A DNA stretch of 64,000 bases from a virus: positions 1-64,000 of IMG/VR virus record IMGVR_UViG_3300025276_000023, one strand, 5' to 3'. Positions 39,741 to 48,858 of the stretch are shown piece by piece. The translations under genes were made by a program, and so were the position numbers. Under the pieces are notes generated by a model. It worked only from the letters and a program-made list of their open reading frames with translations, had not been told where the DNA came from and did not search any database. Positions within the stretch are counted from its first letter, which is position 1; each line of letters begins with the position of its first letter.

Positions 39741-40361
39741 ATGCAGTTATATAAAATCAAACCTTCTGAATTGGCAGTACAGGTCATTAAAGAATGTACT
39801 GCTGTTGAAGCGGGCTGGGTCAACCACAAGGATGATCTAGGTAAAGAAACAGCTCACGGCATTACTTACGCTACATCGCGTGACCATGAGTTACTATGGC
39901 CTTTATATAACTGGGATGGTGATATGAAAACCCTTCCAGTTGAATTGGCTTATCACATCTACTACATTAGTTGGTGGCGTAAGATGAAACTAGATAGAGT
40001 TGCAATATACTCTCCTAGCCTTGCCCGTTTAATGTTTGACTTCGGCGTAAACGCTGGTCGTACTACGTGTATTAGAGAACTGCAAAGAATTCTAACAGTG
40101 CACAATCGTAAAGGTGAGTTATACGCTGACCTTGAACCAGATGGTTATATCGGCGGTTTAACGTTAACTGCTGTTGAAGAATATCTACAACAGAACTATC
40201 CAAAGCAGAAAGAGAAGTTATTGTTTCACATGCACAGTGCCCGTGACTATCACTACCTCTCAATCTCATTGGAACGTGAAGATAATGAATCATTTACCAA
40301 TGGTTGGAGCGACCGTGCTTACAACATGGCTAATCAAGATTCTAAGATAATGTTTCCATAA
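39741..40361 (+). CDS. Endolysin, glycoside hydrolase family 108 with peptidoglycan-binding C-terminal domain
   Basis: EAGWVNHKDDLGKETAHGIT (variant of EGGY..HP.D.GG.T..GIT), FDFGVNAG, LQRIL, DGYIGGLT, F..GW..R. Confidence 0.85.
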   Translation: MQLYKIKPSELAVQVIKECTAVEAGWVNHKDDLGKETAHGITYATSRDHELLWPLYNWDGDMKTLPVELAYHIYYISWWRKMKLDRVAIYSPSLARLMFDFGVNAGRTTCIRELQRILTVHNRKGELYADLEPDGYIGGLTLTAVEEYLQQNYPKQKEKLLFHMHSARDYHYLSISLEREDNESFTNGWSDRAYNMANQDSKIMFP

Positions 40362-40365
40362 TAAA

Positions 40366-40397
40366 CATAGCTGGAGGGACTTGTTCCCTCCTCTATG
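40366..40397. terminator. Terminator hairpin
   Basis: CATAG..GGAGGGA-CTTGT-TCCCTCC..CTATG. Confidence 0.7.
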
Positions 40398-40446
40398 CAT
40401 GTTTATGCAAAATGATATGATGTAGTTTAAAAGGGAGGAAAAGGAG

Positions 40447-40917
40447 ATGGCACATGAGACTAACATTCAAACGTTAGACGCCATGGTACCACAACTATTT
40501 AGAAGTCTATTTAGAACAAGTCATTATAATCATGTTATCGGAGAACCCTCTGGTAGAGTGCTTAATTTAAATATGATTTTAATAGAAGATGATGCGTCTA
40601 GTACAGATGCATTGTACTACATACGCCCGTTAGGAAAGACGGTCAGAATGATGGACTATTCTATAAATTTAGTTATAGGAGAAGAGTATGTAAAGCACAA
40701 TAAAGCAAAACGTATATATCCAGAAGATCTCTCTTACCATATACGTAGAAAATTTGATTTCATGAAAGAGTCGTGCTTCGATTACCTTATGGAGTTATTC
40801 AGTCAATACGCTCAACGTAATGCTTACCAGTGTGAGTTGTATGCTAGTTCTAGTTCAATCATTGTAACGTCATGTGAGATGACCCTCGTCGTTAAGAATA
40901 AGTCCATCGCAGATTAG
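40447..40917 (+). CDS. Hypothetical protein, probable paralog of 28713..29150
   Basis: GGAGG RBS; shared YS(V/I)NLV motif. Confidence 0.7.
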   Translation: MAHETNIQTLDAMVPQLFRSLFRTSHYNHVIGEPSGRVLNLNMILIEDDASSTDALYYIRPLGKTVRMMDYSINLVIGEEYVKHNKAKRIYPEDLSYHIRRKFDFMKESCFDYLMELFSQYAQRNAYQCELYASSSSIIVTSCEMTLVVKNKSIAD

Positions 40918-40919
40918 CA

Positions 40920-40956
40920 ATCAAAGTTTATTGAAAACTATATCATTAACAGGATA
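40920..40956 (+). promoter_or_regulatory. Putative early phage promoter
   Basis: ATCAAAGTTTATTGAAAAC-TATAT-CATTAAC. Confidence 0.65.
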
Positions 40957-40991
40957 ACAATAAACTAAACACTGCGAACTAAGGACTACTA

Positions 40992-41348
40992 ATGAACTCA
41001 GAACAAATTAAAGTGCAACTCACACTTTTTTGCGAAATGTATGATCTAAAGCCAACTGATTTCCTAATCAAAGGCGAAGCTAACTGGACTCTACGTGGAG
41101 AGATATTCACAACAGATGAAATAGAGTTAGTGGCTAGTAAGAAAACAATTGATAAGATGTTTAAAGAGCACGGTACTCTTCGTCGCTTTGAAACATTTTC
41201 TTCTCCACCAGTTAAAGCATGTAAAAGCATTTACTTCACTGGACTTACAATTGAAGTAGGTACAGTTAAAGACTTTAGTACAGAAGATGGTATTCAATTA
41301 CTATTGACTAAAGAAGAAGAAATTCAAATGGGAATGACATCATGGTAG
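40992..41348 (+). CDS. Hypothetical protein, possible degenerate nucleotidyltransferase-like fold
   Basis: LIKGEANWTLRG..TTDEIEL resembles the G[GS].A..L.G....DID pattern. Confidence 0.55.
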   Translation: MNSEQIKVQLTLFCEMYDLKPTDFLIKGEANWTLRGEIFTTDEIELVASKKTIDKMFKEHGTLRRFETFSSPPVKACKSIYFTGLTIEVGTVKDFSTEDGIQLLLTKEEEIQMGMTSW

Positions 41349-41752
41349 ATAGACCTAGTTTTAGACATGAATTGAAAGAAGCAGATTCTTTTCAGTTCAT
41401 TTTATTATTCAGCCCTTACGGTAGAGACGGAAGTGAGTTCCGTCTTCTATGTCCCGATTCAACATTTAATTTACATACTCGTGATGGTCAATACGGTTTC
41501 TCAATAGCTAGAACGTTGAGGTTACACATCGACTCAATGAAAGAACTAGATGTCGATACAGAGGCTCTAGAATCGTTTCTAAGAGGAGATATTGATAACG
41601 TTACTCAATCCTTCTCTAAACACATTTCACACTGTCACGGCTTCTATGGGAGCGGCGACAGTAACTATGAAGACGTACCTAAGTTTCTCAATGAACATTA
41701 CGGTACAAAACTCAATGAAGAACTTGATGTTACTTCACTAATCATACTCTAA
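41342..41752 (+). CDS. Hypothetical protein
   Basis: ORF overlapping its neighbour in the operon. Confidence 0.7.
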   Translation: MVDRPSFRHELKEADSFQFILLFSPYGRDGSEFRLLCPDSTFNLHTRDGQYGFSIARTLRLHIDSMKELDVDTEALESFLRGDIDNVTQSFSKHISHCHGFYGSGDSNYEDVPKFLNEHYGTKLNEELDVTSLIIL

Positions 41753-41761
41753 GGATTCACA

Positions 41762-42475
41762 ATGAATAAATTAATACTTGTACTCAATGCACCTGATGAA
41801 CAGTTCTTTCTAGAAGAGATCATTCTTGATAAAGACCGTTCACCTAAAGTAGATCAATTACTTAACCAGTTAAAGCTTTCATTTGTCAATACAGATAAGA
41901 ACATTGAATCGCCCAATGAAACAATGGCTTTCAGCGTAAACGCCTATAAGAACACTACAGCTAGTTCTTTACTACGTGCCATGAAGTCACTTTACATTGT
42001 CTTAACTGCGATAGTGTCTGTTCGCGATGTTAAATTCAATATGGTGACGGAGGAAGATAAAGTAATCATTTCTTCTTCTACGCGTTATGGAACTCCAGCT
42101 TACCCTAGAGTTCCACTTACTGAATCTGGACTACCATTAAACTTCCTTTCAAATAAAGGACATTTAATGTTACCCGTTGGCAATGAGAAATTTAAACAAT
42201 TCTTTATTGGTGGCAGATGTCCAATAGAAGTGACTTGCATCAATGAAATCTTTTCATATAGCACAACGCCTAGAACTGACCTAGAGCAAAGCTGTCTATC
42301 TATCGATGATGATAACATAACACTTAGCTACAATACAGATGCAGGCTACACTAGCATTGATTATCGACGTGACGTACTGATTCCTTTAATGGATCTTGAC
42401 AAAAACCTTTTTGCTCTTGATGAAAATGCAGCTGTTCATGCAAATGCACTTAAGACAATCCACTCTACTCTATAA
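41762..42475 (+). CDS. Hypothetical protein
   Basis: AAGGA RBS; possible paralog of the next gene. Confidence 0.75.
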   Translation: MNKLILVLNAPDEQFFLEEIILDKDRSPKVDQLLNQLKLSFVNTDKNIESPNETMAFSVNAYKNTTASSLLRAMKSLYIVLTAIVSVRDVKFNMVTEEDKVIISSSTRYGTPAYPRVPLTESGLPLNFLSNKGHLMLPVGNEKFKQFFIGGRCPIEVTCINEIFSYSTTPRTDLEQSCLSIDDDNITLSYNTDAGYTSIDYRRDVLIPLMDLDKNLFALDENAAVHANALKTIHSTL

Positions 42476-42484
42476 GGAGCCCTC

Positions 42485-43285
42485 ATGGCTTTAGTAAACG
42501 AAACGAAAACAAGCGCTCCTCCAAAGACCTCTTTATTAAAAGAGTTCTCTCCGAAATTATTGAAGGTGGTACTTCTCAATCCTATTGGTGAAAGAAGTGA
42601 TCTTAGTGCTGAGACTGCAATTAGCATCCCACTTGACCGTAAATTAATGAAAAGACAAACCTCTTTCTTACATCGTCTCTCTGATGTGTTAAAAGACCAT
42701 GTTGACTATGATGACATACTTGGTTACTTTACGATAACGTTTGAAGACTTTCGCAGACATTATCAAGTAAGTACTTTTTACAATCCTATTTCGTTACTTG
42801 AATTGTTTCTTCAAAACATATTGAACAATAGCAGTGTCGGTACTTCAGTCATCGGAATTGAAGGTCTGAGTGCTTTCAAACTTTATGACATTGATACAGG
42901 TAAAATAATCACTTACGATACACGACTAGCTAACCGTCTAATGCATATAGGTGCTTTTAAATCTCAGAACTATTATAAGATTCCTTATAATTCAGTAGAT
43001 GGATTAATTGACGTTATCTCTAATGAAACAGGTACTCACAAACTAATCATTGAAAACGGTGAAGTGGTAGACATTGAAATGCTATTCAATACCCGTTGCT
43101 CAATGAATGAGGAAGGTTTGACTTTCCCCACTGCCTATGGTGAGACGTGTATTAAATTTGATGATGAGTTAGAGCTAACGATGGGTTCGCTTCGAACGTT
43201 ATCTGATAATCGTCTCGTTAAAGACTTTGTGGAATTATTGAAATACGGACTGGTTGAAAAAACAGTTGTAAGTGGTCGTTACTGA
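42485..43285 (+). CDS. Hypothetical protein
   Basis: AAGGAG RBS. Confidence 0.75.
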   Translation: MALVNETKTSAPPKTSLLKEFSPKLLKVVLLNPIGERSDLSAETAISIPLDRKLMKRQTSFLHRLSDVLKDHVDYDDILGYFTITFEDFRRHYQVSTFYNPISLLELFLQNILNNSSVGTSVIGIEGLSAFKLYDIDTGKIITYDTRLANRLMHIGAFKSQNYYKIPYNSVDGLIDVISNETGTHKLIIENGEVVDIEMLFNTRCSMNEEGLTFPTAYGETCIKFDDELELTMGSLRTLSDNRLVKDFVELLKYGLVEKTVVSGRY

Positions 43286-43293
43286 TAATACGT

Positions 43294-43334
43294 AGAGGGG
43301 ATTGATTTCCCCTCTTTTATCAATGTTTTTTTTT
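43294..43334 (+). terminator. Terminator hairpin
   Basis: AGAGGGGA-TTGATT-TCCCCTCT followed by T tracts. Confidence 0.7.
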
Positions 43335-43392
43335 CGAAACAATTTAACACACATATCCTAAACGTGAATTTAAACCAACTAAGGAATTAAAA

Positions 43393-43980
43393 ATGGTAAA
43401 TATAAGTTTAGAGAAGTATTCAGAGCTACAGAAAAGATACTTGTTAAAAGGTCTGGTTTCAGGCTTTACAGGTACGCTACTGATTGCTGTTCTAACGATG
43501 GAGATAGTAAGTAACTTTTCAACAGACATTATTCTACTAAAGAATTATCTAATGAATGTTCCAATGATACTAATCCTAGTACCTTGTATAAAACACCTGA
43601 TTAAGAAACATCCGATTAACTGTTACCGACTAAAAGGAATACTGAGCATAGCAGGTTTAGTCATGCTTGTGTTTGTAGAGATCTTTGGTCTAAGTAAGAA
43701 TTGGTATTTGGTAGATGCGGCTATCGTTAGCCTAGGAGGGTTGTTAATGATGACACATAACAGTTACTATAAAGCATGTGTTAATAATAAATGTAAAGAC
43801 TTCTCTGAGATGTGTGGCTATGTAGAACTATTCACTAATCTTACTTATGTATTTGTAGGTGTTGCCATTGTAGCTATGGATATACCCACTCTAGTAATAT
43901 TGTCGCTAGCCCTTCCATTGGAATGTATAGAACGTTATCTAGAAAACAAATGTGCGTATGAGGTATATACGACTAGTTGA
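43393..43980 (+). CDS. Multi-pass inner-membrane protein (about 6 hydrophobic segments)
   Basis: Several hydrophobic stretches; has its own promoter-like site and terminator. Confidence 0.7.
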   Translation: MVNISLEKYSELQKRYLLKGLVSGFTGTLLIAVLTMEIVSNFSTDIILLKNYLMNVPMILILVPCIKHLIKKHPINCYRLKGILSIAGLVMLVFVEIFGLSKNWYLVDAAIVSLGGLLMMTHNSYYKACVNNKCKDFSEMCGYVELFTNLTYVFVGVAIVAMDIPTLVILSLALPLECIERYLENKCAYEVYTTS

Positions 43981-43984
43981 ATAA

Positions 43985-44013
43985 AGGGGCATTGTGCCCC
44001 TTAGTTCTTTTTT
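43985..44013 (+). terminator. Terminator hairpin
   Basis: AGGGGC-ATTGT-GCCCCT followed by a T tract. Confidence 0.7.
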
Positions 44014-44019
44014 GTTTAA

Positions 44020-44056
44020 ATGCAATTAATTTGAGATCTATATAGTAAATATGAGA
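44020..44056 (+). promoter_or_regulatory. Putative early phage promoter
   Basis: ATGCAATTAATTTGAGATC-TATAT-AGTAAATATGAGA; downstream leader resembles the 29169 copy. Confidence 0.7.
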
Positions 44057-44090
44057 TAACTAACTTAAACAACCTTCTAAGGAATATAAC

Positions 44091-44423
44091 ATGAAAGAAT
44101 TTAACGTAACAGTAGTCGTTGGTAAAGAAAGCGAATTTGGCGGTCAAGACTTTGCAGAGTTTAATATTCCACTATTACTTATAGATAAACCAGATGACCT
44201 GTCTCTTTATCTTACGAGCGTTGACGTTGCTTCTACCTGGGCTGCTAATTCATTCGACCCTGATATGCTAGGTTGCTTACGTAAACAGTTACGTAAAGTA
44301 GCTAAGATAGATATCAGTGAATGTACTAGCGAACAAGAAGCGCTTGACGTTGTAGTTAACCATGAAGACTTCGATGCCATATATGAATATACGTTTGACC
44401 TTACCATCACAGCAATTAAATAA
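44091..44423 (+). CDS. Hypothetical acidic early protein
   Basis: AAGGA RBS. Confidence 0.75.
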   Translation: MKEFNVTVVVGKESEFGGQDFAEFNIPLLLIDKPDDLSLYLTSVDVASTWAANSFDPDMLGCLRKQLRKVAKIDISECTSEQEALDVVVNHEDFDAIYEYTFDLTITAIK

Positions 44424-44478
44424 TACTCGTAGGGTGACAATGGTGTCGCCTTACTTTTTAACAAACTAAGGAAATACC

Positions 44479-44895
44479 ATGAACTTATTTAAACAACTAG
44501 CAATCGCAACAGTAGCCGGTGCAGTAGTAGGCGCAGTAGTAGCAGGCGTTTATAATTCAAAAGCAGAGAAAGCAGTGGTTAAGAAAGATGAACCAGCTAA
44601 GGTTGTTCGCAGCCTTTTACTTTCAATAGATGCCGAGACTATAGAAGTTAACTATAGCGTCGACATTACCAGAGACGGTACTAACATCTCTGTTATTAAA
44701 GGTGATGAGTTCAAAACTACTGATGCGGTAGCATTGCGTGAAGTTGCGTTAGCGGTAATGAGCTTGGACGTTAACTACGCTAATTACATCGGCGAAGGTT
44801 CAATAGAAGACCGTACTCGTCGTGCTAAGTCTTATAAGTCAAGTACTCACTGTACTCTACGTAGTGGAGTTTCTATCGCTGTTAAAATGGGATAA
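44479..44895 (+). CDS. Hypothetical protein with N-terminal membrane anchor
   Basis: LAIATVAGAVVGAVVAGVY hydrophobic segment; AAGGA RBS. Confidence 0.75.
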   Translation: MNLFKQLAIATVAGAVVGAVVAGVYNSKAEKAVVKKDEPAKVVRSLLLSIDAETIEVNYSVDITRDGTNISVIKGDEFKTTDAVALREVALAVMSLDVNYANYIGEGSIEDRTRRAKSYKSSTHCTLRSGVSIAVKMG

Positions 44896-44900
44896 TTAAA

Positions 44901-45311
44901 ATGAGCTATACCCTAGATAAGATCAAAACTAAAATAAAACAAATGAGTCTTATGTATGCAGTTGACGATTTCAACATGGTACTTCTAGGGTGTTCATCTA
45001 ACGTGATGAAGGAGCATCTGGAAGACTGTGAAAGAATTGAGATCAAACTACCTACAGACGACTACGACCGCTTAAAGAAACACAGAGAGTTCTCTAATGG
45101 CATTATCATTGGAGACTTCGAATACATGACCTCAACTAAATTCCCTGGGGTTGTATTCTACCGTGGTTCTGAAAAGTACACTAGCTATGTTAAGATTTCT
45201 AGATGTAATGAACTATACTGTTACACCGAAGAATCAAACTGTAAACACACTAAATTAATTTCTCTAGTTCAACAAAAGATTAGAGAACGTCGCAAAGCTT
45301 CTAAAGCATAA
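44901..45311 (+). CDS. Hypothetical protein, probable paralog of 40992..41348
   Basis: DKIK......MY......VLLG.SS......DCERIEI spacing matches the paralog. Confidence 0.65.
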   Translation: MSYTLDKIKTKIKQMSLMYAVDDFNMVLLGCSSNVMKEHLEDCERIEIKLPTDDYDRLKKHREFSNGIIIGDFEYMTSTKFPGVVFYRGSEKYTSYVKISRCNELYCYTEESNCKHTKLISLVQQKIRERRKASKA

Positions 45312-45320
45312 GGAATTATC

Positions 45321-45605
45321 ATGTTAAAATTATTCACTTCTAAAGTAACAACTGTAGCACCATCTGTAGTAACTGGCTCTTTAAATATATCTACTGATGA
45401 ACAATACAGCTTCATCGTATCGACTAATGCTTCTGGTAAATTAGAATCATGTTCTGTAATAGGCAATCTTACGGTAACTGCTGACATTATCAGACAGCAG
45501 TTAGAAATAGCTGTAATGTCCGGCGCTAAGAAACTAGGTGACTTTATTACTATGGAGTTAGCTGTTGGTTTTGATGTTCCAACATCTGCAATCACAATAC
45601 ACTAA
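45321..45605 (+). CDS. Hypothetical protein
   Basis: AAGGA RBS. Confidence 0.7.
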   Translation: MLKLFTSKVTTVAPSVVTGSLNISTDEQYSFIVSTNASGKLESCSVIGNLTVTADIIRQQLEIAVMSGAKKLGDFITMELAVGFDVPTSAITIH

Positions 45606-45610
45606 ACATA

Positions 45611-45651
45611 AACAGCTTCCGCCATGGAAGCTGTTAGTTTTATTTTTTTTT
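45611..45651 (+). terminator. Intrinsic terminator
   Basis: AACAGCTTCC-GCCAT-GGAAGCTGTT followed by a long T tract. Confidence 0.85.
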
Positions 45652-45688
45652 ATGTAATACATTATAAATCTATATTATTGATGTAGTA
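45652..45688 (+). promoter_or_regulatory. Putative early phage promoter
   Basis: ATGTAATACATTATAAATC-TATAT-TATTG. Confidence 0.6.
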
Positions 45689-45710
45689 TATAACCACTAA
45701 GGACTAAAGG

Positions 45711-46100
45711 ATGTGCATACTTAGACCAGTAAATGGTCAGGACGATTTAGAATATGTAGTTATCGTAACTCAGTTCACGCAAGAAGAATATGATTCTTTC
45801 TATAAATCTGGTTCAGTTACTTTGTTTATGATCGACTCCATAGAAACATTAAAACTGAAGATAGCTAAAATTTCTAAGATATTGTCAGATTCATTCACTG
45901 CTACATATTTCGGTGCAGATATCTTTCACTATTTACTATTGCTACCTTGTCTAGTGTCTAAAGAAGCAGAGGACCATGAAGCCAGTATAGTTAACATGAC
46001 TGTTATGTTTTTAGATTCTGTGCTGAGAATAAGAGTGTCCCATAACGATGAAGAATACCAAGACATGACTGTCCATACAAGAACCAAAACACTACACTAA
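45711..46100 (+). CDS. Hypothetical protein
   Basis: AAGGA RBS; first gene after the promoter. Confidence 0.7.
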   Translation: MCILRPVNGQDDLEYVVIVTQFTQEEYDSFYKSGSVTLFMIDSIETLKLKIAKISKILSDSFTATYFGADIFHYLLLLPCLVSKEAEDHEASIVNMTVMFLDSVLRIRVSHNDEEYQDMTVHTRTKTLH

Positions 46101-46115
46101 TAAGGAATTGTGTAA

Positions 46116-46568
46116 ATGAGTAAAATTTCTGATAGTTACATTCTATCAAAACTCCACCTCAATAAACATAAAAAGAAACTTGACAAAGAATCTTATCCTT
46201 TCAAAGGAACCGTCAAGTTATTAATAGAAGATATTTTTGAAGGTAGTTCTACTAAATTCACAGATCGTTTAAATGAATACATCGCTGTTGATCCAGTTCT
46301 GTTTAGTATCTTCTACGCATTCCATTTAATAGGTAGAGAAAATAAATACCTTTTCATGGAAATTCTAATAGAAGCGCGTGAAGATAAGTCCACTTTTAAA
46401 ATGGAGAAGTACCGTAAAGATCATAGAAGTGAAATATCGAAGCTATTAAATAAGTCTGTGTCCGCACTTCATATAGAAGGACTTGGGTTAACTGAAACTC
46501 AAGTCCTAGTAACGTGTATTTCAAAACATGCTAGATACATAATAGAAAAAATAGAAGAGAGAGTTTAA
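46116..46568 (+). CDS. Hypothetical protein
   Basis: AAGGA RBS. Confidence 0.7.
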   Translation: MSKISDSYILSKLHLNKHKKKLDKESYPFKGTVKLLIEDIFEGSSTKFTDRLNEYIAVDPVLFSIFYAFHLIGRENKYLFMEILIEAREDKSTFKMEKYRKDHRSEISKLLNKSVSALHIEGLGLTETQVLVTCISKHARYIIEKIEERV

Positions 46569-46571
46569 GTT

Positions 46572-47309
46572 ATGAAGAAGTTAGTCATCTCACTTGACAT
46601 GGAAACAAACAATCACAACAAGCCTCGTTTAGATATAGGCGGTAACGTTGAGATAGGTGTTTTAAAAACAGCGCTATTGGAAATAGGCTTTATAGTTTAT
46701 GAACAAGAAATACAAAACGGTAAAGTAACACTTACTGAAGTATTGCGCCATCAGTCTTATATATATAACCCCGCTCCAGCAGTATGGGTAGAAGCTCCTC
46801 CAATCGTTCTAGAGTTACATACCAAGTCTGGTTTCAAGCCATTGTACGATCAGTTCGTTAAAGACTGTGAATATAACTCAGTTGCTAAAAACACATACAG
46901 CGAACAAGTAGTTGATGAGTATGCTGCTGCTATATTAGAAGATTTGTTACGTACTAAATATCCTAAGTTATTTGATCGTGCCCTATACGAATCAGGTAAT
47001 CTCCACGCACTGACTGTCGTCGGTAAAAACGTCCAGTTCGATATCGGTTTCATGAATACAAGATTGCCTAGAACAGCGATGTTCTTTAACTATCAGGTAA
47101 TCGATGTGTCTATGATGCGTAACATGCTCAGATCTTTGGGTAACGATAAGCTAAAAGGAATCAGTAAAACTAAATCTACTCACTTTGCAATAGATGACTG
47201 TGAATCGGCTACAGCTGACTATAAAGCTACCTTAGAAGTCTTCTTAGAGAAATTCCCTGATACTGTGGAATATTTCCAACAATACAAACAGAACCAGGAA
47301 CCGCTATGA
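46572..47309 (+). CDS. DEDDh 3'-5' exonuclease, oligoribonuclease (Orn)-like
   Basis: ISLDMET (ExoI), LLEIG, LHTKSG, GKNVQFDIGF (ExoII), IDVS, HFAIDD (ExoIII). Confidence 0.8.
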   Translation: MKKLVISLDMETNNHNKPRLDIGGNVEIGVLKTALLEIGFIVYEQEIQNGKVTLTEVLRHQSYIYNPAPAVWVEAPPIVLELHTKSGFKPLYDQFVKDCEYNSVAKNTYSEQVVDEYAAAILEDLLRTKYPKLFDRALYESGNLHALTVVGKNVQFDIGFMNTRLPRTAMFFNYQVIDVSMMRNMLRSLGNDKLKGISKTKSTHFAIDDCESATADYKATLEVFLEKFPDTVEYFQQYKQNQEPL

Positions 47310-47494
47310 GAAATTTCGAATATCGCCTTCACCATGCAAGTGGTCGAGTTACTAAGATCGTTTTACTTGGCAACACTAAACGTGAAGCAGAAGATAAGAT
47401 TAAAAAGTTTCATCCTAAAATAGCAGAAAGTAAAAGCTATTGTTTCTTAGGTGAAATAACACTTCAGTATTCGACACAGTCTCGTCGTCGTTAA
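47306..47494 (+). CDS. Small basic hypothetical protein
   Basis: ATGA overlap; AGGA RBS. Confidence 0.6.
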   Translation: MRNFEYRLHHASGRVTKIVLLGNTKREAEDKIKKFHPKIAESKSYCFLGEITLQYSTQSRRR

Positions 47495-47506
47495 ACTAAA
47501 CTCTTT

Positions 47507-47531
47507 AAAGGAAGGCGAGTTGTCTTCCTTT
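47507..47531 (+). terminator. Terminator hairpin
   Basis: AAAGGAAGGC...GTCTTCCTTT. Confidence 0.65.
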
Positions 47532-47553
47532 ATGTTTGCTATAGGAGCAGAAT

Positions 47554-48189
47554 ATGAAATTTGAAGTAAGCGATACAGAAGGAGAGTTGGCTGTAACATT
47601 TGAATTAACGTTACCTCAAAATCCTAATTTAGATGTTGTTGTAAAGAGACGTATTAAAACCCTCACAGAGCTTCTAGGAGCTACTGTACGCTTCCCATAC
47701 TTCGATACTGGTACAACTGAGTTAGTTATACCTACCGACTGGTTACGACGCTATTCAGAGTACATTGAGATTCTAGTACTTAACTGCTGTGATTTTAAAT
47801 CAGTAGATGGTGAGTTCATTAGATTGAACAATCCAGAATTACAAACTCTCCAATTCCTGATGAAGAGCGATGTTCCTAGGAGTTGTCTTAACACGGAATA
47901 CTTAAGAGATAACGGGTTCTTTATCGTAGGTTTCTCAGAAGATACTATAAGCCCTCATATGTACACACTAAGGAACGATAACGTATTACATAGAGCGTAT
48001 GTATTCGAAGAAGGTGGCGTTACTTACATTGGCTTTAAGGAAGTTGTATCGTTGTCTATAGAACCGAGTATGTCTAATTTCTTTAACCATCGTGAGTTGG
48101 TTGATTTATTAGAACAAGCTACTGGTAGGAGTTATTACCCTAAGTCATTTCCTAATGGCTACCTTACAGCATTAGAATTGTTTTACTAA
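47554..48189 (+). CDS. Hypothetical protein
   Basis: AGGAG RBS. Confidence 0.75.
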   Translation: MKFEVSDTEGELAVTFELTLPQNPNLDVVVKRRIKTLTELLGATVRFPYFDTGTTELVIPTDWLRRYSEYIEILVLNCCDFKSVDGEFIRLNNPELQTLQFLMKSDVPRSCLNTEYLRDNGFFIVGFSEDTISPHMYTLRNDNVLHRAYVFEEGGVTYIGFKEVVSLSIEPSMSNFFNHRELVDLLEQATGRSYYPKSFPNGYLTALELFY

Positions 48190-48320
48190 AAAGTATTATT
48201 TTACACACCCTCGATATAGTTTGAGGAATTTATTTCTCCCCATTGTTTGTCAAAACAATGGTAGAGGGAGGAGCGAAGCGACAACAACAGAACTAAGTTA
48301 ACACTTAGAAGGAAAGAGTT

Positions 48321-48857
48321 ATGCTAATGATTACATCTGCTAGAGAATTAAATGACATCAATATCCATTTATCTATAGCGAGACAGGTATTGAAACTATA
48401 CCTTACTGATCACAATGCCCATGCGTTATATGGTAATCTAGCTTACAGTTTAGCTAAGATGGAATTCCCTCCAATCAATAAAGAACAAGGGAAGAGTAAA
48501 TTCCTAACAGAAGAAGAACGTTCAGGTTTTAAAGAAGCCGAAGGGTATACGTTAGATATGTTTAAATCTCACTATACTGGCACTGTAGGTCCAAACGCTA
48601 TGTACAGTTATATCGGTACCTATGTCATTACAGATATGTTACTCATGGACTATTGGAATAACCCAGTAACAGGTGAAGGGTTAGCTAGTTACATACAGGA
48701 TACATTTTCATTGTCTACAACAAACTATGGTGATGTATTAGACGAGCAACATGAGAGTATTAAATTTGCTATTGCGAATGACAATACTTCATTCACTATA
48801 TACGAGCCATTGAAGTATTTTATCAATGGGCTAATAAAAGAAATTAGAGGGAAGTAA
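48321..48857 (+). CDS. Hypothetical protein
   Basis: AAGGA RBS; first gene of a coupled run. Confidence 0.75.
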   Translation: MLMITSARELNDINIHLSIARQVLKLYLTDHNAHALYGNLAYSLAKMEFPPINKEQGKSKFLTEEERSGFKEAEGYTLDMFKSHYTGTVGPNAMYSYIGTYVITDMLLMDYWNNPVTGEGLASYIQDTFSLSTTNYGDVLDEQHESIKFAIANDNTSFTIYEPLKYFINGLIKEIRGK

Positions 48858-48858
48858 T

